Below, one piece after another: positions 60,083 to 64,000 of a stretch of DNA of 64,000 nt. Both the position numbers and the translations under genes were made by a program. The stretch is from Octopus sinensis (taxonomy: Eukaryota), in NCBI RefSeq assembly GCF_006345805.1, contig NC_043025.1, forward strand, positions 8,618,001 to 8,682,000, in the 5' to 3' direction. How positions within the stretch are numbered: the first letter of the stretch is position 1; every line of letters begins with the position of its first letter. The notes under the pieces are model-generated. The model had not been told where the DNA came from. It was given only the letters and a program-made list of their open reading frames with translations, and searched no databases.

Positions 60083-61514
60083 GGAGGCGCAATGGCTCAG
60101 TGGTTAGGGCAGTGGACTCGCGGTCGTAGGATTGCGGTTTCGATTCCCAGACCGGGCGTTGTTGTGTGTTTATTGAGCGAAACACCTAAAAGCTCCACGA
60201 GGCTCTGGCAGGGGTGGTGATCCTGCTGTACTCTTCACCACTCTTTCTCCCACTCTTTCTTCTGTTGGCCTGCTCGCTTAGCCAGCAGGGTGGCGTCATT
60301 CGAAGGCTAAAGCAATGCGAGCGCATTGTGACCAGCGATGTGTAGCAACATCTGATGGTCTGGTCAGTCACGTGATCACGTGATATATATATATGTATAT
60401 ATAAGGGGATGATGAAAAATTCCTGGCTTTGGAAGAAGAAAATAAAAGCAAATTCCCTCTCTCAAATCACACCCTTTGATTTTAAACACAGTGGTTAATG
60501 TGGTCTTCAATTCCTACTTGTAGGAAAAAGTTGGGATGGTCACAGCTGGAATTGATCAGGCTATAAAAGTAATAACAACAATAACAGTATTGATCGGACT
60601 TTAAAAGTAATAACAACAATAAATTTTTAACAAAAATCAAGGAATTGTAGGCATAGGAGTGTCTGTGTGGTAAGTAGCTTGCTTACGAACGACATGGTTC
60701 CGGGTTCAGTCCCACTGCGTAGCACCTTGGGCAAGTGTCTTCTACTATAGCCTCGGGCCGACCAATGCCTTGTGAGTGGATTTGGTAGACGGAAACTGAA
60801 AGGAGCCTGTCGTATATATATATATGTATCTCTTTTTACTCTTTACTTGTTTCAGTCATTTGACTGCAGCCATGCTGGAGCACCGCCTTTAATCGAGCAA
60901 CTCGACCCCGGGACTTATTCTTTTTGTAAGCCCAGTACTTTTTCTATCGGTACCTTTTGCCAAACCGCTAAGTAACGGGGACATAAACACACCAGCATCG
61001 GTTGTCAAGCATGCTAGGGTACAAAACACAGACACACAAACACCACCCGCATATATATAATATACATATATACGATGGTCCTTCTTTCAGTTTCCGTCTA
61101 CCAAATCCATTCACAAGACTTTGGTCGGCCCGAGGCTATAGTAGAAGACACTTGCCCAAGGTGCCACGCAGTGGGACTGAACCTGGAACCACATGGTTGG
61201 TAAACAAGCTACTTACCACATATATATATATGTATATATATATATATGTTTGTGTGTCTGTGTTTGTCCCCCGCCAACATCGCTTGACAACTGATGCTGG
61301 TGTGCTTACATCCCCGTAACTTAGCGGTTCAGCAAAAGAGACCGATAGAATAAGTGCTAGGCTTACAAAGACTAAGTGCTGGGGGTCGATTTGCTCGACT
61401 AAAAGGCGGTGCTCCAGCATGGCCGCAGTCAAATGACTGAAACAAGTAAAAGAGTAAGAAGAGAGAATCTGGAAAAGATCTAACTTGTGCATTATAGCCA
61501 CAACATCCGCTTAC

Positions 61515-61590
61515 CTTCCTGGTTTATGACTATGATCCCTTGGACGCCTTTGTGACTCTGGATCCTTTTAAGTGTCTCTTCAACTTCAGA
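61515..61590 (-). CDS. DYNLRB: Dynein light chain roadblock, exon 2
   Basis: [25 protein letters not shown](G). 76 bp, acceptor gtgacag, donor gtaagc. The ATG exon was not found in the window. Confidence 0.95.
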
Positions 61591-61984
61591 CTGTCACCAA
61601 AAAGACACAAAGAAAAAAACATTAAAATTTCATCAGCCACATATGTTTGTTTATTTCATTTATCAATAAAATTTATACAATTTCACACACACACACACAC
61701 ATATATATAATTAAGGGCTTCTAAATAAGGATGCCAAGTGCTAGGGACACAAAAAAGGGATAAATTTATCGACACGATATATATGTTGAATCGTTAGCGC
61801 CTGCACGCATTTTTTTTCTCTCCTTGTTTCTTTTCTGTGTATCTTTCTGTCGAAGAGCGTAGGCTCGAAACGTAAACGACTTTTTCTATTTCTATTCCTC
61901 AGCGCCATACTAATACGATTGTTTGTTTGTACTCCACCTGCCTTCATCTTTTGTTTATTTTCATAAAGCTTCCCGTTATATATT

Positions 61985-62021
<37 letters not shown>

Positions 62022-62264
62022 TGGGTTGTCCATTTATCTAATGTTCTTCCTAGAGGTAAGACAAAATTTTTTATGTTTCCTGCCCTCATGCGTCTTTGCA
62101 AGTATATACACATTGAAGCTTTACTATAGCGTCGTAAATGCATCGACTGCTATTTGCAATACACATTGGTGCTTTGTGGTACCACTACTATATACATACA
62201 TACATACATACACACAAACATCAATCAATAAATTGATTTTATTGCAATTATCCCTCGTACAAGC

Positions 62265-62307
<43 letters not shown>

Positions 62308-62418
62308 TATTAAACCGGGGTAAACACATAAATGTGAAACAAGGTGGAAAAAAGAGTACTCAAATACCAGTGGTAGGAGTAATATGCTTTATTTTAAGCA
62401 GCAGAAAATTCAACAAAT

Positions 62419-62456
62419 CTGTTACTCGGAGTTTCTCGTTGCCGTTCATCAGACAG
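62419..62456 (-). ncRNA. Minimal type I hammerhead ribozyme motif (Penelope-like element type)
   Basis: Minus strand reads ctgt-CTGATGA-acggcaacga-GAAA-ctc.c.gag-TA-acag: intact core, stem I ctgt/acag, near-palindromic stem III ACTCCGAGT, GUA cleavage triplet. Stem II is non-canonical. Confidence 0.65.
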
Positions 62457-62470
62457 TTTTTGCTAGAAAA

Positions 62471-62508
62471 CTGTCTGATGAACGGCAACGAGAAACTCAG
62501 AGTACAGA
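62471..62508 (+). ncRNA. Second hammerhead motif, inverted partner of the 62419-62456 copy (1-nt deletion at the cleavage site/stem I)
   Basis: ctgt-CTGATGA-acggcaacga-GAAA-ctc.a.gag-TA-cag. Confidence 0.5.
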
Positions 62509-63434
62509 TTTTGTTGAATTTTCTGCTGCTTAAAATAAAGTATATATATATAGGTGCAGGAGTGGCTGTGTGGTAAGTAGCTAGTTTACCAACCACATGG
62601 TTCCGGGTTCAGTCCCACTGCGTGGCTCCTTGGGCAAGTGTCTTCTACAATAGCCTCGGGCCGACCAAAGCCTTGTGAGTGGATTTGGTAGACGGAAACT
62701 GAAAGAAGCCCGTCGTATATATATATATATATATATGTGTGTGTATGTGTGTGTGTTTGTCCCCGCAACATTGCTTGACTAATAGAAGTACTAGGCTTAC
62801 AAAGAATAAGTGCTGGGGTCAATTTGCTCAACTAAAGGTGGTGCTCCAGCATGGCCGCAGTCACAGGCATAATGAAGTTTGAAATTTTACTTTGTAAAAT
62901 ACGAAACACATCTGATGCTCCCAAAAGTGTGTTTACAAAATGTTATCATAGTGGCTGTGTGGTAAGTAGCTTACTTACCAACCACATGGTTCCGGGTTCA
63001 GTCCCACTGCGTGGCACCTTGGGCAAGTGTCTTCTACTATAGCCTTGGGCCGACCAAAGCCTTGTGAGTGGATTTGGTAGATGGAAACTGAAAGAAGCCC
63101 ATCATATATATGTATATGTGTGTGTGTGTCTGTGTTTGTCCCCCCAACATTGCTGGTGTGTTTACGTCCCTGTAATTTAGCGGTTTGGCAAAAGAGACCG
63201 ATAGAATAAATACTAGGCTTACAAAGAATAAGTCCTGAGGTTGATTTGCTTGACTAAAGGCAGTGCTCCAGCATGGCCGCAGTCAAATGACTGAAACAAG
63301 TAAAAGAATATATATAAACTAGCTTAAAAGCTGCCCTAAGCAACTGACCCCGAAGTTTTGTCAGTGAACAGGTCGTGGTCTCAAAGTGACGAAAATATTT
63401 TGACAAATTAAATTTAAATGTTGAAGATATGCTA

Positions 63435-63762
63435 TAATATAAATCTGTAAGATTCTGGAAGGACTTGTCCCAAACTTTGGCATCGAGAGTTACACAAATG
63501 CTAGAACTGGGCGCCACTGCATAGTGCCAAGGACTCCAAATTTGCCATCAAGATGTAGGACAAGATACTGTGATAGCTTGGGCTTCAGAGGCCCACAGCT
63601 CTTCAATATCCTCCCGAAGAACCTGAGAGACCTGCATGGAGTCGAAGCAGATGTCTTTAAAATAAAACTGGATCTCTTCCTGTCAGGTGTCCCAGGTGAA
63701 CCAACTTCACGGCAGGAGGTGCAGATGAGGGCAGCTGCATCGAACTCTCTCATGCACCAAAT
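63435..63762 (+). mobile_element. CR1/L2-like LINE 3' ORF fragment running into the assembly gap
   Basis: KILEGLVPNFGIESYTNARTGRHCIVP...CDSLGFRGPQLFNILPKNLR...FKIKLDLFLSGVP. Confidence 0.8.
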
Positions 63763-63862
63763 NNNNNNNNNNNNNNNNNNNNNNNNNNNNNNNNNNNNNN
63801 NNNNNNNNNNNNNNNNNNNNNNNNNNNNNNNNNNNNNNNNNNNNNNNNNNNNNNNNNNNNNN
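63763..63862. other. Assembly gap (100 N)
   Basis: Run of N. Confidence 1.
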
Positions 63863-64000
63863 TCGTGTGAGTATATATATATATATACGACGGGGTGCTA
63901 AAAAGTTCGTGGCTTTGGGCAAAAGAAAATACGGGACGATTAGTTAATTATGGTTTTATTGAGGACAATCCCCTTCTCAGATTCATACACTTATTGCAGA

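Noticed and set aside
63886-64000. Possible DYNLRB exon 1 after the gap
   Set aside because: No ATG|GT exon is visible. The sequence looks like a mariner-type terminus, with a related fragment at ~60400.

Overview
Eukaryotic, AT-rich, repeat-dense genomic DNA. The SINE/LINE/(TA)n landscape looks like an octopus (coleoid cephalopod) genome; this is an inference from repeat style, not a database result. I reconstructed three spliced protein-coding genes by hand from GT-AG exons with matching phases. (1) The 5' part of C2CD3 on the minus strand: 7 coding exons, 21438->1671, continuing off the left edge. (2) A complete TIMM21 on the plus strand: 6 coding exons, 32608->49607, about 251 aa, divergent from C2CD3. 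(3) A dynein light chain roadblock gene (DYNLRB) on the minus strand: exons at 61590-61515, 57736-57569 and 55027-54984; the ATG exon was not found and may lie in or beyond the 100-N gap at 63763-63862. Nearly all other ORFs in the six-frame track are artefacts of microsatellites and SINEs. Introns and intergenic DNA hold tRNA-derived SINEs, RTE- and CR1-like LINE fragments, Tc1/mariner remnants, piggyBac- and hAT-type MITEs, Helitron/Helentron-like elements and tandem arrays of TE ends. The most notable non-gene signals are: minimal hammerhead-ribozyme motifs of the Penelope type, including a 74-bp-arm palindrome with two back-to-back hammerheads upstream of DYNLRB exon 2; a pre-miRNA-sized hairpin in a DYNLRB intron; TE multimers whose identical junctions recur at distant loci; and a YY1/X-box/ETS-like motif cluster at the probable C2CD3 promoter. 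I see no evidence of a prokaryote-style novel system (no CRISPR, no operon).
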